Shown here: piece after piece, positions 39,334-50,084 of the stretch | Position numbering within the stretch: position 1 is the stretch's first letter | Layout: the number at the start of each line of letters is the position of its first letter | Assembly: GCA_963776925.1 (NCBI GenBank) | Contig: CAVZON010000002.1 | Location: 66,130-130,129, forward strand | DNA: 64,000 nucleotides | Source of the DNA: an uncultured Chloroflexia bacterium | Lineage (GTDB): Bacteria > Chloroflexota > Limnocylindria > Limnocylindrales > CSP1-4 | Direction: 5' to 3' | Position numbers and translations under genes: made by a program | Notes under the pieces: model-generated | Database searches by the model: none | What the model was told of the DNA's origin: nothing | The model's input: only the letters and a program-made list of their open reading frames with translations

Positions 39334-40709
39334 GTGGCTACTGCCGCCGATCCGCCCGGACCCGCGTCACGTCCCGGTGGGTTGGCCGGCCTGACCCCGA
39401 GCGGGCGGTCGGTGGTCCCGGCGGCCTGGTCGCTGTACGACTTCGCCAACACGATCTTCAGCTTCGCGGTCGTGTCCGGCGCGATCGGCCTGTACCTCGT
39501 CAAGCCCGAGCAGTTCGGCGAGCGCGACGGCAACGTCATGCTCTCGCTGGCGGTCGCGATCAGCGTGGCCATCAACGCGGCGGTCTCGCCGATCCTCGGC
39601 GCACTGTCGGATCGTGGCGGCCGGCGGATGCCGTTCCTGCTGTTCTTCACGCTGCTGTGCATCGCCACGACGTTCTTCATCGCCGACGTCTCGCCGCTCG
39701 TCGGGCTCGACGTTGTTCATCGTCGCCAACTTCGCCTACCAGGCGGCACTCATCTACTACGACGCGACGCTCAAGGTCGTGTCCTATCCCGGAGACGCGC
39801 GGCCGGCTGAGCGGCATCGGGACCGGCATCGGCTATTGCGGGACGATCTTCGTCGGCCTCCTGATCTTCCTGCTCGAGATCCCGGTCGAGGACCGGTTCC
39901 GCCTGACCGCCGTCCTGTTCCTCGTCTTCTCCATCCCGATCTTCCTCATCGTCCGCGAGCCACGCGACCCCGGATCGCTGGTCAGGGCGAATGACGTCAC
40001 CGCGTCGTTCGGACAGCTCAAGGCGTCCATCCAGCACGCCCGCGCCGTGCCGGGGCTGGGTCGCTTCCTGATCGGGCGGTTCTTCTACAGCGACGCGGTC
40101 AACACGGTCATCGTCGTGATGAGCGTGGTCACGGTCAGCGCACTCGACGTGAGCGAGGCCGACGCCAACCTGATCCTGCTGCTGCTGACCGTGGTGGCGG
40201 TCGTGATGAGCTTCGTGTGGGGCGCCCTGGCCGACCGGCTCGGGCCCAAGCGCACGCTCGTCATCGTGCTCATCTCGTGGGCCGTCGGGCTCATCCTCGG
40301 CGGGATCTCGCTCGGCTTCGGGCCCGACGGGCTCATCCCGTTCCTCGTGGCCGGGGCGATCCTCGGCTCCGGCCTGGGCGGCGTGACCGTCGCCGACCGG
40401 GTGCTCATGGTCCGGCTGTCGCCGCCCGAGCGGATCGGCGAGTTCTTCGGCCTGTACGGGCTGGTGGGCAAGGGCTCACAGGTCATCGGCACCCTGCTCT
40501 ACGGGCTGATCATCTTCCTGTTCCTCGACACCCTGGGTTCCGGCGCCTACCAGCTGGCCGTGCTGAGCCTGCTCGTGACGATGCTCATCGGGCTGTGGCT
40601 GCTGTGGCCGGTGCGGGACGACTGGGCGGGGAGCGGCGAACGCATCCACGCCGAGGTGCCACCGGAGCGCCTGGCGCCCGCGACGACCCCGCTCGAACCG
40701 CGGGCCTGA
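39334..40709 (+). pseudogene. MFS transporter, UMF1/Atg22-like family, with two frameshifts (~39715, ~39795).
   Basis: AAWSLYDFANTIFSFAVVS..ILGALSDRGGRRMPFL is in ORF 39274... LFIVANFAYQAALIYYDATL is in ORF 39614... The remainder is in ORF 39087..40709. Confidence 0.7.
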
Positions 40710-40718
40710 CCGACGGGC

Positions 40719-41549
40719 CTAGCGGTCCAGCCGCCGATAGCGGCGCACGGCCAGGGGCAGGAACACGGCGATGATCACGACCGGCCAGAAGACTGCCAGC
40801 TGGATGGCGTTCTGGGCGACGAACGAGTCGCCGCCGACACCCGGGTTGCCGAACAGCTGTCGCGTGGCTGTCACCGTGGCGGACAGCGGGTTCCATTCGG
40901 CCAGGGTGCCCAGCCAGGCGGGCATCGTGTCGGTCGGCGCGAACGTATTCGTGACCATCGTGACCGGGAACATCACGGTCTGGACGATGGCCAACGCGGC
41001 CGCGCCGGTGAAGATCAGGCCCATCCACATCCCGGCCCAGAGGACCGCGAGGCGCAGGAACAGGAGAAGCCCGATCGCCGCGGCGACCTCGGCCGGCCCG
41101 GTGTGCCAGCGCCAGCCGAGCACGAGCCCGCAGCCGATCATCACCGCCAGCCCGAGCGTGGCGTAGAGCATGTCCGAGCAGGCCCGACCGAGCAGCACGG
41201 CCGCCGACGACATGGGCATCGAGCGGAAGCGATCGGTGACGCCCTTGTCCGCGTCCTGGGTCACCGCGATCATCGTCTCGCCGGTCCCGAAGGCCATGGT
41301 CATGACGAACATCCCGGGCATCAGGAAGTCGATGTACGAACCGCCGCCCGGCACGGTCATCGCCCCGCCGAACAGGAACGCGAACAGCACCACGAGCATG
41401 ATGCTGAACCCCAGGCCGGCGATGATCTGGGTCGGCTCGCGACGCCAGTACTGCAGGCCGCGCAGGGTCAGCGTCCAGGCATCCGCCAGCAACCAGCGCA
41501 GACCGCTGCCCGCGATCGCTGCCGGTGGTCGGGTCGTCGTCGCGGTCAT
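40719..41549 (-). CDS. ABC-2 type exporter permease (DrrB-like).
   Basis: From ATG 41549: LLADAWTLTLRGLQYWRREPTQII..GVTDRFRSMPMS..WNPLSATVTATRQLFG, with six hydrophobic helices. Confidence 0.8.
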   Translation of the reverse strand: MTATTTRPPAAIAGSGLRWLLADAWTLTLRGLQYWRREPTQIIAGLGFSIMLVVLFAFLFGGAMTVPGGGSYIDFLMPGMFVMTMAFGTGETMIAVTQDADKGVTDRFRSMPMSSAAVLLGRACSDMLYATLGLAVMIGCGLVLGWRWHTGPAEVAAAIGLLLFLRLAVLWAGMWMGLIFTGAAALAIVQTVMFPVTMVTNTFAPTDTMPAWLGTLAEWNPLSATVTATRQLFGNPGVGGDSFVAQNAIQLAVFWPVVIIAVFLPLAVRRYRRLDR

Positions 41550-42546
41550 GCCGCCACCTCCTCGTCGGTCGTCCCGGCGGCGCCGGACGCATCGTCGGCG
41601 ATGCCATGGCCGGTCAGGTGCAGGAATGCCTCGTCGAGCGTCGGCCGGCGGACGCTGACGTCCTCCGCGTCGATGCCGGCCGCGATCAGCGCCGGGAGCA
41701 GGCTGCCGAGGGCGGCCATCCGGTCGCTGACCGGGGCGCTGACCCGACGACCGTCCCGGTCCTGGTCCGCGGCCGCTCCGGCGACCCGGGCGACGATGGC
41801 CGCCGCCTGCTCGAGCGTCTCGACGTCGCGGACGATGCACTCCAGGCGATCGCCGCCGACCCGTGACTTGAGCTCGTCGGGTGTGCCGTCGGCGATGACC
41901 CGCCCGCGGTCGACGACGCTGATCTGGTCGGCCAGCTGGTCGGCCTCGTCGAGGTACTGCGTCGTGAGCAGGACCGTGGTCCCCTCCCGCACGAGCGCCC
42001 GGATCTCCGACCAACCTCGTTCCGGCCGCGTGGGTCCAGGCCGGTGGTCGGCTCGTCGAGGAAGAGGACCGCCGGGGCGAGGATCAGGCTCGTCGCAAGG
42101 TCGAGCCGACGGCGCATGCCGCCCGAGTAGTGCTTGACCGGTCGGTCGGCCGCGTCCTCCAGTCGGAAGCGCCCAAGCAGCTCGTCCGCACGCCGGCGCG
42201 CGCTGGCCGTCCCGACGTGGAAGAGGCGCCCGAACATGACCAGGTTCTCGCGCCCGCTCAACGACTCGTCGAGCGCCGCGTGCTGTCCGACGAGCCCGAT
42301 CCGGCGGCGGACCGCGGCGGCATCGCGGACGACGTCGTGCCCGGCCACCTCGGCCCGGCCGCCGTCCGGCCGGACGAGCGTGGCAAGGATCCGGACCGCT
42401 GTCGTCTTGCCCGCGCCGTTGGGGCCGAGCAGCCCGCACACGCTGCCCTGGGCGACCTCCAGGTCGAACCCGTCGAGGGCCGCCGTGGTCCCGTAGCGCT
42501 TGACCAGGCCGCTCGCCCGGACCGCCGGTGGATCGCTCGTCGTCAT
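41546..42546 (-). pseudogene. ABC transporter ATP-binding protein (DrrA-like) with one frameshift near 42020.
   Basis: Walker A (GPNGAGKTT), signature (YSGGMRRRL) and Walker B ([12 protein letters not shown]) are in ORF 41686..42747. [27 protein letters not shown] is in ORF 41546..42439. Confidence 0.85.
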
Positions 42547-42562
42547 CCCGTCGCCCTCCATT

Positions 42563-42603
42563 CCGTACGCAGTACGCCGTTGGACCGGCATGATAGCGTA
42601 CGG
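42563..42603. promoter_or_regulatory. Inverted repeat CCGTACGC-N25-GCGTACGG, with an inner CGTAC-GCA-GTACG, in the TetR/ABC divergent intergenic region. It is a candidate operator.
   Basis: Read directly. Its function is inferred only from position. Confidence 0.25.
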
Positions 42604-42632
42604 CCTACGGAGTTTGCAACAGGGCATCATCC

Positions 42633-43470
42633 ATGCCGATGTCACCCGAGTACGCCGGGCGCGGCGATCCCCGACGCAGCCTCGACCTGCTGTGGGGCGA
42701 CGCCCCGCGTCCGAGCCGTGGGCCCAAGCCGGGTCTGGACGTCGCATCGGTCGTCGCCGCCGCGATCGAGCTCGCGGACGCCGATGGCCTCGATGGCCTG
42801 TCGATGCGTCGGGTGGCCGAGCGACTCGGCGTCGGGACGATGTCGCTCTACACCTACGTGCCGTCCAAGGCCGAGCTGCTCGACCTCATGCTCGATACGG
42901 TCTACGGCGAGCAGGTGACGGACCTCCGCGCGGCGACGACGAGCGATCCCGACGATCCGGCCGCGCCGCTCACCGTCGACTGGCGCGCCGGCCTCACCGC
43001 GGTCGCCCAGAGCGCATGGGACCTCTACCATCGCCATCGCTGGATCCTGCAGATGGCCCACAGCCGGTCCGTCCTGGGGCCGAACGAGATGCGTCTCCAG
43101 GACGCCAGCCTTCGGGTCGATCGACGGGTCAGGCCTGTCGGGACGCGAGATGGTCGCCATCATCGACCTCGTCGCGGTCTACGTCGGGGGCGCGGCGCGC
43201 GGCGCCGTCGAGGCGGCCCAGGCGCCGGCCGCGACCGGCCAGACCGACGACGAGTGGTGGCTGGAGCGGGTCCGCATCCTGTCCGAGAAGGTCGGTGACG
43301 GTGCCGCGTTCCCCACCGTGACCAGGGTCAGCGAGGCCGGCGGCTACGACGTCGCCGAGGACGCCGAGTCGTACACCCTGACGTTCGCCCTGGACGACTA
43401 CCGCTATGGCCTGGACCGGGTGCTCGACGGTATCGCGCAGCGCATCGCGGCGAGGCCTCAGTCCTCGTAG
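42633..43470 (+). pseudogene. TetR/AcrR-family transcriptional regulator with one frameshift near 43115.
   Basis: The HTH ([39 protein letters not shown]) is in ORF 42633... The C-terminal ligand domain is in ORF 43150..43470. Confidence 0.8.
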
Positions 43471-44458
43471 CCGGACGGGTGGGCGCGCCGCCATGCCCAG
43501 GCCGACGCCACCATCCCCTCGAGCTCCGGCCGCGCCGGTCGCCAGCCGAGCACGGAGGCGACCCGCTCCGCCGAGGCGACGAGGACCGGTGCATCGCCTG
43601 CTCGTCGCGCCGCGACCGAGACCGGGATGTCGTGGCCGACGACGGCCGCCGCCGCCGCGAGCACCTCGCGGACGCTGAACCCGCCGCCGTTCCCGAGGTT
43701 GCAGGCGATGGCGCCCTCGTCGGTCCGGGGATCGTCGAGCGCCGTCGCCTCGAGCGCGCGCACGTGCGCGTCGGCCAGGTCCTCGACATGGATGTAGTCG
43801 CGGATGCACGTCCCGTCCGGGGTCGGGTAGTCGTCGCCGAAGAGGACCGCCGGCTGGCCGGTCTCGACCGAGCGCAGGACCGCCGGGATGAGGTGGGTCT
43901 CCGGATCGTGGTCCTCGCCGTGCTGGCTCGGTCGCGCCGGCGACGTTGAAGTAGCGCAGCGACACGCTGCGCAGGCCGTACGCGCGGCCGTACCAGGCGA
44001 GCGCCCCTTCGAACGAGCGCTTCGTCTCGCCGTACGGGTTGATCGGCCGGAGCGGGGCATCCTCGCCGATCGGCGTCGTTCCGGGGATGCCGTAGCACGG
44101 CCGCGGTCGACGAGAAGACCAGGCGCTGGACCCCGGCCGCCCGGGCCGCGTCGAGCAAGGTGATCCCGCCGCTGACGTTGTCGCGGTAGTAGCGCCCCGG
44201 GTCCTGGATCGATTCGCCGACGAGCGAGCGGGCGGCGCAGTGGAGGATGGCATCGACCCGGTGTTCGGCCAGGACGCGGTCGATGGTCGCGCGATCCCCG
44301 TAGTCGCCGACCACGAGCGACGCGCCGTCGGCGAGCGCCGCCCGATGGCCCGTGGTCAGGTCGTCGAGCACGACGACCTCGTGGCCGGACTCGAGCAGGG
44401 CCGCGACCGACACCGAGCCGACGTAGCCGGCGCCGCCCGTGACGAGGATGGAGGTCAT
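43458..44458 (-). pseudogene. galE: UDP-glucose 4-epimerase with two frameshifts (~44095, ~43925).
   Basis: [20 protein letters not shown] is in ORF 43328..44458. [33 protein letters not shown] is in ORF 43129..44253. [27 protein letters not shown] is in ORF 43458..44888. Confidence 0.85.
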
Positions 44459-44478
44459 GGCGGAACGATACGGGTCGG

Positions 44479-44916
44479 TCAGCGTCGGCGCAGCCGGTCG
44501 AGCAGCGACCGTCGCTCGGCAGCCGCGGACGAGCTGGACGCCGCGTCGGCGGGCGCAGGACGTGAGGCTGCCTCGGCCTGGATCGCGTCCACGGGGTCGG
44601 GCGGTGGCGGCGCGATGACCGGCATCGGCTCGGTCGGCATCGGGTCGTCGACCGGGTCACCGCGCGTCGCCAGGACCTCCTCGAGTCGGATGGCGAGCCG
44701 CCGGGCGGCGTCGTTCTCCGGGTCGATCGCCAGCGCGCGCCGGGCGAGCAGGTAGGACCCGAGGTCGTCGCGCCGGTCGAGCGCGACCCGGGCCAGCCCG
44801 ACCACCGCGATCGAGTTGCGCGGATCCGCGTCGGCGACCTGGCGATAGAGCTGCTCGGCCCGGTCCAGCTGACCGAACGAGATGGCACGCTCCGCCTCGA
44901 GCAGGAGCTCGATCAT
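44479..44916 (-). CDS. TPR-repeat protein (145 aa).
   Basis: From ATG 44916: two TPR-like units ([50 protein letters not shown]), then a Pro/Ala-rich tail. Confidence 0.6.
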   Translation of the reverse strand: MIELLLEAERAISFGQLDRAEQLYRQVADADPRNSIAVVGLARVALDRRDDLGSYLLARRALAIDPENDAARRLAIRLEEVLATRGDPVDDPMPTEPMPVIAPPPPDPVDAIQAEAASRPAPADAASSSSAAAERRSLLDRLRRR

Positions 44917-46286
44917 GCCGGCGTCCCCTCGTCGCCACGCTCGACCACGATCGACCTGGCGATGGCCAGCAGCCGGCCACGCGTGTTGATCGACGGATCG
45001 GCGACCGCCCGCGCCAGCAGGTCGCGCAGGATCTCGCCGACGCGTGGCGACGGCGTCAGGCCCAGCTCGGCCATGAGGTCGTCGCCATCGATCGCCAGGT
45101 CGCGCACCGACAGCACGACCCCGGCATCGAGCTGCGCCGCCACGCGAGCCCGGATCTCGGCCAGACCGCCACCATCCCGCTCGCGGCCGGAGCCGACGTT
45201 GTCGGCTTCGCGCAGCAGGAACAGCGCCGGCAGCTCGTCCGGACCGATCTTGGCGATGAACCGGCGAACGGCTGCGTCCGACCAGGTCGGCTCGTAGCCG
45301 TACATGTGATGGCGGACGAGTCGGACCACCATGTCGCGTTCTGCCCGCGGCCAACGCAGTCGGTCGAGGAACGCATCGGCGAGGTCGGCCCCGACCGTGT
45401 CGTGGCCCAGGAACCGGCCGTCCGCCATGGCCGCCGGCTTGCCGATGTCGTGGAGCAGGGCGGCGAGGCGGATCGTCGGCGGGTCGGAGGCGGCGCCGTC
45501 GACCGCGCGCAGCGTGTGGTCCCAGAGGTCCTCGCCGGGGATCTTGTTCTGCGGGATGCCCGGCTGCAGCGCGAGCTCCGGCGAGATCGGCGCGAGCAGG
45601 CCCGTGTCCGCCAGCAGCCGCAGGGCGATCGACGGGACGGGCGCCGCCAGCATCCGCCGCAGCTCCTCGGCGATCCGCTCGCCGGACAGGTGCGCCGCGT
45701 CGCCGGCCCTGGCCTGGATGCCGGCGAGGGTCTTCGCCTCGATCCCGAAGCCGAGCGTCGCCGCGAGACGGACCGCGCGGAGCATCCGGAGGGCGTCCTC
45801 CTCGAACCGCGTGCGCGGGTCGCCGACGGCACGGAGCAACCGACCGACGAGGTCGCCCTGGCCACCATGCGGGTCGATGAGGTCCGGGGCGGCACCGGCC
45901 GCCGCTCCCCAGGCGATCGCGTTGATGGTCAGGTCGCGGCGGTCCAGGTCGGCCTCGATCGAGTCGGTGAACTCGACGCGGTGCGGCCGGCGATGGTCGG
46001 CGTAGGCATGGTCGGAGCGCAGCGTCGTGATCTCGACGATCCCGACGGCCGGGTCGTCGGTCTCGACCGCGACCGTGCCGAAGGCGTTCTCGTAGCGGGC
46101 GCCAGGGAACAGCGCCTGGGTCTCCTCCGGCAGTGCCGCGGTCGTCAGGTCCCAGTCCCACGGGACCCGCTCGAGGAGCACGTCGCGCAGCGAGCCACCG
46201 ACCACGTACGCGGCGTGGCCGTTCGACCAGAGCGTCCGCAGGAGATCGTGGACACTCGCCGGGACCGCCGCGGCGATGTCGGTCGT
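44913..46286 (-). CDS. cca: CCA-adding tRNA nucleotidyltransferase with an HD domain. The start codon is uncertain.
   Basis: Reads AYVVGGSLRDVLL..DWDLTT..RSD..DLDRRDLTINAIAW..RFEEDALRMLRAVR..LLHDIGKP... No ATG or GTG lies in frame between the HNH stop (46289) and the conserved core. Confidence 0.8.
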   Translation of the reverse strand, partial: TTDIAAAVPASVHDLLRTLWSNGHAAYVVGGSLRDVLLERVPWDWDLTTAALPEETQALFPGARYENAFGTVAVETDDPAVGIVEITTLRSDHAYADHRRPHRVEFTDSIEADLDRRDLTINAIAWGAAAGAAPDLIDPHGGQGDLVGRLLRAVGDPRTRFEEDALRMLRAVRLAATLGFGIEAKTLAGIQARAGDAAHLSGERIAEELRRMLAAPVPSIALRLLADTGLLAPISPELALQPGIPQNKIPGEDLWDHTLRAVDGAASDPPTIRLAALLHDIGKPAAMADGRFLGHDTVGADLADAFLDRLRWPRAERDMVVRLVRHHMYGYEPTWSDAAVRRFIAKIGPDELPALFLLREADNVGSGRERDGGGLAEIRARVAAQLDAGVVLSVRDLAIDGDDLMAELGLTPSPRVGEILRDLLARAVADPSINTRGRLLAIARSIVVERGDEGTPA

Positions 46287-46288
46287 CG

Positions 46289-46804
46289 TCAGTTCCGACC
46301 CAGGAACAGGTACGACCGCCAGGCGTCGTTGCGATCGTCGGCGAGATACGGCGTGAACAGCGAGTAGAGGTCGCTGCGTGGCTCGTGTGGCTCCTTGTCC
46401 AGCCGCAGCCGGGCCTCCTCGAGGAGCTTGCCGCCCTTGCGGTGGTTGCACGACTTGCAGGCGGTGACCAGGTTCTCCCACGTGTGGCCGCCCCCGCGGT
46501 GGCGCGGGACGACGTGGTCCAGTGTCAGGTCGTGCGTCTGGCGTCCGCAGTACTGGCAGGTGTGCCGGTCCCGCGCGAAGACCTCACGACGGCTCAGCTT
46601 GACCCGCGGTCGAGGGCGCTTGACCATGTGCTGCAGGCGGATGACGGAGGGCGCGCGGTATTCCGTCCGCGGCGTCCGGATCACCTGGTGGTCGAACTCG
46701 ATCACTTCGGCCTTGTCGCCGAACACGAGCCGGAAGGCCCGCGGCAGGTTGCAGACGTTGAGCGGCTCGTAGTTCTGGTTCAGCACGAGCACGACGCCGT
46801 TCAT
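46289..46804 (-). CDS. HNH endonuclease-family protein (171 aa).
   Basis: Reads ..CQYCGRQTHDLTLDHVVPRHRGGGHTWENLVTACKSCNHRKG... Confidence 0.8.
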   Translation of the reverse strand: MNGVVLVLNQNYEPLNVCNLPRAFRLVFGDKAEVIEFDHQVIRTPRTEYRAPSVIRLQHMVKRPRPRVKLSRREVFARDRHTCQYCGRQTHDLTLDHVVPRHRGGGHTWENLVTACKSCNHRKGGKLLEEARLRLDKEPHEPRSDLYSLFTPYLADDRNDAWRSYLFLGRN

Positions 46805-46850
46805 CGTGGCGCGAGCATACCAAGCACGCCGCATCGTGCTCGCCGCCACG

Positions 46851-47783
46851 TCAGCGACCGGTGGCCGCCCCGGTCCGCGGGTCCCACCCGCCGGCCTGCC
46901 CGACCTTCGTCGCGAGGGGCTTGCCGAGCGCGTCGGCGATGAAGCGCGCCGCCACGAGCACGCCGTCAAGGGCCACCCCGTGCTCCCAGCCCGAGGCGTC
47001 GAGGAGATACACGAGGTCCTCCGTCGCGAGGTTGCCCGCCGCTCCCGGGGCGTACGGGCAGCCACCCGTCCCGCCGGCCGCGCTGTCGAACGAGCGCACC
47101 CCGGCCGCGAGCGCCATCGCGACGTTGGCGAGGGCCGTGCCACGCGTGTCGTGGAAGTGGTAGGCCTGCCGCTCGACCGGGATGCCGCCCGCCTCCGCCA
47201 GCGACACGAGCTCGGCGACCTGGTCCGGCACGCCGACGCCGATCGTGTCCCCGAAGCAGACCTCGTCGACGCCCAGGTCCTGCAGGCGCCGGGCGACATC
47301 GACGGCCACCGCCGGATCGACCCGGCCCGTGTAGGGGCAGCCGAATGCGGTCGAGACATAGGCGCGACGCCACCAGCCACGCTCGCCGGCCCGAGCCAGG
47401 ACCGGCCGGAAGGCCGCGATCGACGCCTCGATGGTCATCCCGATGTTGGCGGTCGTGAACGCGTCGGTCGCGGCGGTGAAGACGGCGATGGCGTCGACGC
47501 CGGCCGCCTCGGCACGCTCGAGACCACGCTCGTTCGGGACGAGCACCGGGTAGCGCACGCCGGGCCGTCGGTCGAGGCCGGCCATGAGCTCGTCGGCGTC
47601 GGCCAGCTGCGGGATGGCCCGGGGCGACACGAAGGAGGTGGCCTCGATGTCGCCCAGTCCGGCGTCGGCGAGCAGCTCGATGAACCGCGCCTTGACCGCC
47701 GTCGGGACGATGGCCGACTCGTTCTGCAGGCCGTCGCGCGGCCCGACCTCGGTGATGCGGACCCGCCGGCCGGGGTCGGTCAT
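46851..47783 (-). CDS. Hydroxymethylglutaryl-CoA lyase.
   Basis: Reads ITEVGPRDGLQNE..IEATSFVSP..AFGCPY..FGDTIGVG..HFHDTRGTALAN..FDSAAGGTGGCPYAPGAAGN. Confidence 0.85.
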   Translation of the reverse strand: MTDPGRRVRITEVGPRDGLQNESAIVPTAVKARFIELLADAGLGDIEATSFVSPRAIPQLADADELMAGLDRRPGVRYPVLVPNERGLERAEAAGVDAIAVFTAATDAFTTANIGMTIEASIAAFRPVLARAGERGWWRRAYVSTAFGCPYTGRVDPAVAVDVARRLQDLGVDEVCFGDTIGVGVPDQVAELVSLAEAGGIPVERQAYHFHDTRGTALANVAMALAAGVRSFDSAAGGTGGCPYAPGAAGNLATEDLVYLLDASGWEHGVALDGVLVAARFIADALGKPLATKVGQAGGWDPRTGAATGR

Positions 47784-47799
47784 CGGTCGGGTCGGCCGG

Positions 47800-48027
47800 T
47801 CAGACGAGCGGCGGGTCCATCGCCCGCTCGATGCGGGCGATCTCGATCTCGATCCGGCCGATCAGGTCGATGGCCGCCTTGTGCTCCTCGCTGCCGTGCT
47901 TCGCGGCGTTGCGGCGCTTGCGCGTCACGGTGTGGAGCGCCTCGAGCTCGGCGCGGGTCTGGGGCAGCGGCTCGGTGTCGGTCGCCTGGTGGGCGGTCGA
48001 CTTGGGAGCGGTCGTCTTGTGGGCCAT
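47800..48027 (-). CDS. Small coiled-coil hypothetical protein (75 aa).
   Basis: MAHKTTAPKST..TRAELEALHTVTRKRRNAAKHGSEEHKAAIDLIGRIEIEIARIERAM. It sits between the lyase and mccA with G/C-rich third positions. There is no family call. Confidence 0.35.
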   Translation of the reverse strand: MAHKTTAPKSTAHQATDTEPLPQTRAELEALHTVTRKRRNAAKHGSEEHKAAIDLIGRIEIEIARIERAMDPPLV

Positions 48028-48052
48028 GGCGGTCAGGGTAGCGCGTCGCGGG

Positions 48053-50050
48053 TCATGGCTCCACGCTCGCCAGGCGCATGCCTCGGTCGACCTGGGCCCC
48101 CACGGTGACGTCGATCTCTGCGACACGGCCGTCGCGCGGCGTGGCCACGACGTGCTCCATCTTCATCGCCTCCAGGGTGACGACCGCCGCACCGGCCTCG
48201 AGTGGCTCCCCGACCACCGCATGGATGGCGATGACCCGACCGGGCATCGGGGCGACCAGGTCGATCGCGCCGCCGCCCTGGCCATGGGCCGCGGCGGCGC
48301 GCGCGGCGCGATCGACATCCGGCGGCGGCGCGAGCGTGATGGCCACGCTGCGTCCCGCGGCGTCGACGTGGACCACGTCCCCGACCCGGACCGCCGTGAC
48401 CGTCGGGTCGGGCTGCGGGGCGACGCTGCGGCGGGTCGTCCCATCGGTGACGGTGACGTGCGGTGGTGCGTTGAGCCGCCACCCGCCGGACCACGGGTCG
48501 CCCGCGGTCGGCGCGGCGAGGAGGGCTGCGGCCGCCGACCAGTCGTCGCTCCGGGAGCGTCGTTCGGTCGGCCCATCCGTCCGGCGGCCAGATGCGGTCG
48601 AGCGTGTCGGTGCGAGCCCGGCCGTCCCGAACGACCGGCTCGCGGACGAGCCAGCGCAGGAACCGCAGGTTGGTCGTGACGCCGAGCACGATCGTGGCAT
48701 CGAGGGCCGCGGTCAGCCGGTCCAGGGCCGTCGCCCGGTCCGGACCATGGCCCACGATCTTGGCCAGCATCGGGTCGAAGCGGCTCGTCACCTCGTCACC
48801 CACCGCGACACCCGTATCGACCCGGATGCCCTCGCCGCTCGGCCAGCGGATGTGCTCGAGCCGTCCGGTCGCCGGGAGGAACCCGTCCTCGGCATCCTCC
48901 GCATACAGCCGGACCTCGACGGCGTGCCCGGCGATCGCGACCCCGGCCTGGTCGAACCCGAGCGGCTCGCCGGCCGCGATGCGCAGCTGGTCGGCGACGA
49001 GGTCTCGCCCGGTGACGAGCTCGGTCACGGGATGCTCGACCTGGAGTCGCGTGTTCATCTCGAGGAACGTCGCGGCGCCACGCTCGTCGACGAGGAACTC
49101 GCAGGTCCCCGCCCCGACGTAGTCCACCGCGGCCGCCAGCTCGACCGCCATCGCGCCGAGACGCTGCCCGCTCGCCGGCGTCGAGGCGTGGCGCCGGCGC
49201 CTCCTCGAGGACCTTCTGGTGGCGGCGCTGGAGCGAGCAATCCCGCTCGCCGAGATGGACGCCGTGCCCGTACGCGTCGAACAGCACCTGGATCTCGACG
49301 TGGCGCGCACCCTCGACCAGCCGCTCGAGGATGAGCCGCTCGTCGCCGAACGCGGCGCGAGCCTCCCGCCGTGCGGCCGCGAGCTCATCGGGCATCCGGT
49401 CGAGGTCCCGGACGGTGCGCATCCCCTTGCCGCCGCCGCCGGCCGCGGGCTTGACGAGGACCGGGGCGCCGATCCGTCGCGCGGCCGCGAGCAGCGACGC
49501 ATCGGTCTGGTCGGCATCGTCGTAGCCCGCCGGGGTGGGGACGCCGAGCCGGGCGGCAAGTCGCCGCGCGGCTGCCTTGTCGCCCATCGCCCGGATGGCC
49601 GCCGGCGGCGGGCCCACCCACAGGACGCCGGCCGCGAGCACCGCATCGGCGAAGGCGGCGTTCTCCGCCAGGAACCCGAAGCCGGGATGGACGGCGTCGG
49701 CCTCGGCGGTCACCGCGGCCGTCGACGACCGCCTCGATGTCGAGCAGGTCGAGCGCCTCCTCGCCCTCGGTCGATGGGACGACCGTGCGCAGGCCGAGCC
49801 GGTCGCCGGTGCGCCGGATGCGCGCGGCGATCTCCCCACGATTGGCCACGAACAGCGTGCGGATCGGTCGTGCCCGGGCGGGCTCTGGTGCCGTCTCGGT
49901 CAGGAATGCGTCAAACGCGTCAGACGCGACACGCCATCGACCACCAACACGTCGGGCAGGCAGGCGGCCTTGGTCGATCCAGCGCTGGACGGTCCGCGTC
50001 GAGGTCCCGAGTCGTCGTGCGACCTCGCTCGGGCGGAGTTCTTCAGCCAT
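48053..50050 (-). pseudogene. Acyl-CoA (3-methylcrotonyl-CoA-type) carboxylase alpha subunit: biotin carboxylase plus BCCP, with an N-terminal excisionase/MerR-like HTH. It has about 3 frameshifts (~49720, ~49190, ~48560).
   Basis: The HTH is LRPSEVARRLGTSTRTVQRWIDQGRLPARRVGGRWRV. It is followed by IRTLFVANRGEIAARI.., VHPGFGFLAEN..VLVKPAAGGGGKGMR..HVEIQV.., CEFLVD..FLEMNTRLQVEHPVTE.., and the biotinyl site EAMKMEH. These span four frames in total. Confidence 0.8.
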
Positions 50051-50084
50051 CGTGTCGCGATCGTCGCATACGAGCGACCGCCTG

